This document shows, in pieces, positions 17,685-18,545 of a DNA stretch of 18,545 bases. Each line of letters starts with the position of its first letter. Position 1 is the stretch's first letter. Under the pieces are notes generated by a model. That model ran no database searches and was not told the DNA's origin. It saw only the letters and a program-made list of their open reading frames with translations. Source of the stretch: Pedosphaera sp. (lineage in GTDB: Bacteria > Verrucomicrobiota > Verrucomicrobiia > Limisphaerales > SIBH01); NCBI GenBank assembly GCA_031414955.1, contig JANOQV010000098.1:1-18545 (forward strand), given 5' to 3'. Both the position numbers and the translations under genes were made by a program.

Positions 17685-18147
17685 ATGAAACATTTGTTTT
17701 TGTTCCGCACCCGGCGCTCCAGCCAGCCGGAAGCCGTCACTCCAACGTGGGCCTCAGCGGGGCTAGCCAAAGTCGGCCTCTGGATAGTGTTGGGCGCGGC
17801 CATGATCTTCGCGGCCGGCCGTCTGGTGATCTTCGCTGCGGAATGCGGCACTATTGACAACACTTTCTGGAGGTTTACGGCCGCCAGTTCCGCAACCAAG
17901 GCCGCAGTGGATGGCACGAATATCTACCTCGTTGCTGGGGACAGGATCAGCATCCTCGACATGCCAACCGGGGTGGAAACTGTGTCCAACACCTTCCTCG
18001 GGGTGACCCTTGGACGACCAATCGTCGCCAGTTTGAAGGGAGCCTCGAACGAAGTGATCGTCGCGGGTGATATTGGTTACTTGTACGGCCTCAATGGCAG
18101 CACGCTGATCACGAACTGGACTCGCAGCACGCTGCGCGGCAGTTGTA
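17685..18147 (+). pseudogene. Secreted or membrane-anchored PQQ-like beta-propeller protein truncated by an IS insertion
   Basis: Hydrophobic N-terminal segment and the repeats VDGTNIYLVAGDRISILDMPTG and VIVAGDIGYLYGLNGSTLITNW. The frame runs into the IS end at 18148 and stops at 18176. Confidence 0.65.
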
Positions 18148-18545
18148 GGGTGCATCCGTACACCGTACTTAATTAGGCGGGTTGCCAGAGTTGATCCCAA
18201 TGGTGGTTGCGGCGGGCTTCGTCGAGGGCGAGCAGAGCGCGCAAGCCGGGCCGCGTCCAAAATTGTCCGGCCCGCTTGAAGCGGCACTGTTTCTGCCGAC
18301 AGGCACTTTCCACCGCGCCGCTCCCGATGGGCCAGCCGCGCCGCGCCACGGCCTGATAGTTCATCCGCCCGGCGTGGCCGCCAAAATAGCCCTGCTCCCG
18401 CGCTAGGATTTTGCCCGCCGCCCCGCGCCGCTTTTTTAGCCGGGCGATTTCTCCCAGCACCGCCCGCTCCCGTCCGTGGCGCAACCGGTGCCGCCGCGGT
18501 TCCACCCACGCGCTCAACTCCGGCGGGGCTTCCCCGCGCAGCGCG
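18148..18545 (-). mobile_element. Right end of an ISKra4-like insertion sequence (partial)
   Basis: Transposase 3' end followed within 25 nt by ...TACGGATGCACCC on the minus strand, a plausible terminal inverted repeat. Confidence 0.75.
18173..18545 (-). CDS. ISKra4-like DDE transposase, C-terminal part (open to the window edge)
   Basis: GYF..HAGRMNY...RRGWPIGSGAVESACRQ..CRFKRAGQFW motif. Confidence 0.88.
   Translation of the reverse strand, partial: ALRGEAPPELSAWVEPRRHRLRHGRERAVLGEIARLKKRRGAAGKILAREQGYFGGHAGRMNYQAVARRGWPIGSGAVESACRQKQCRFKRAGQFWTRPGLRALLALDEARRNHHWDQLWQPA

Overview
GC-rich bacterial DNA whose gene content suggests Verrucomicrobiota/PVC (inference from DUF1501, zinc-ribbon-FxLYD, ECF plus STK-WD40, and FYR-ending secreted proteins). 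From left to right: (1) a putative metal-acquisition cluster of two His-bearing secreted proteins and an outer-membrane barrel with a His/Glu loop; (2) an APH/NahK-like kinase and nested inverted repeats; (3) a zinc-ribbon/TM/8xSel1/trypsin protease and a lower-GC segment; (4) an antitoxin-VapC pair with an in-frame TAA in the toxin; (5) a patchwork of gene fragments at 8362-9089; (6) FxLYD and DUF1501 genes; (7) an ECF sigma factor and a Ser/Thr kinase with 16 WD40 repeats and a TPR-like tail, each split by one in-frame TGA; (8) a small Cys-rich ORF and a PQQ-like propeller gene cut by an ISKra4-like IS. The strongest unexplained signal is a bipartite motif, C[T/G]GTAAC-N15-CTGTAGCA[A/G]C, found three times with identical spacing upstream of three consecutive genes downstream of the ECF gene; it is a candidate promoter and regulon for this kinase-linked sigma factor. 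Also notable are a shared C-terminal domain on three secreted proteins and an inverted synonymous paralog fused at the window start. Several abrupt junctions and transition-type nonsense codons mean assembly, amplification or DNA-damage artefacts must be excluded.
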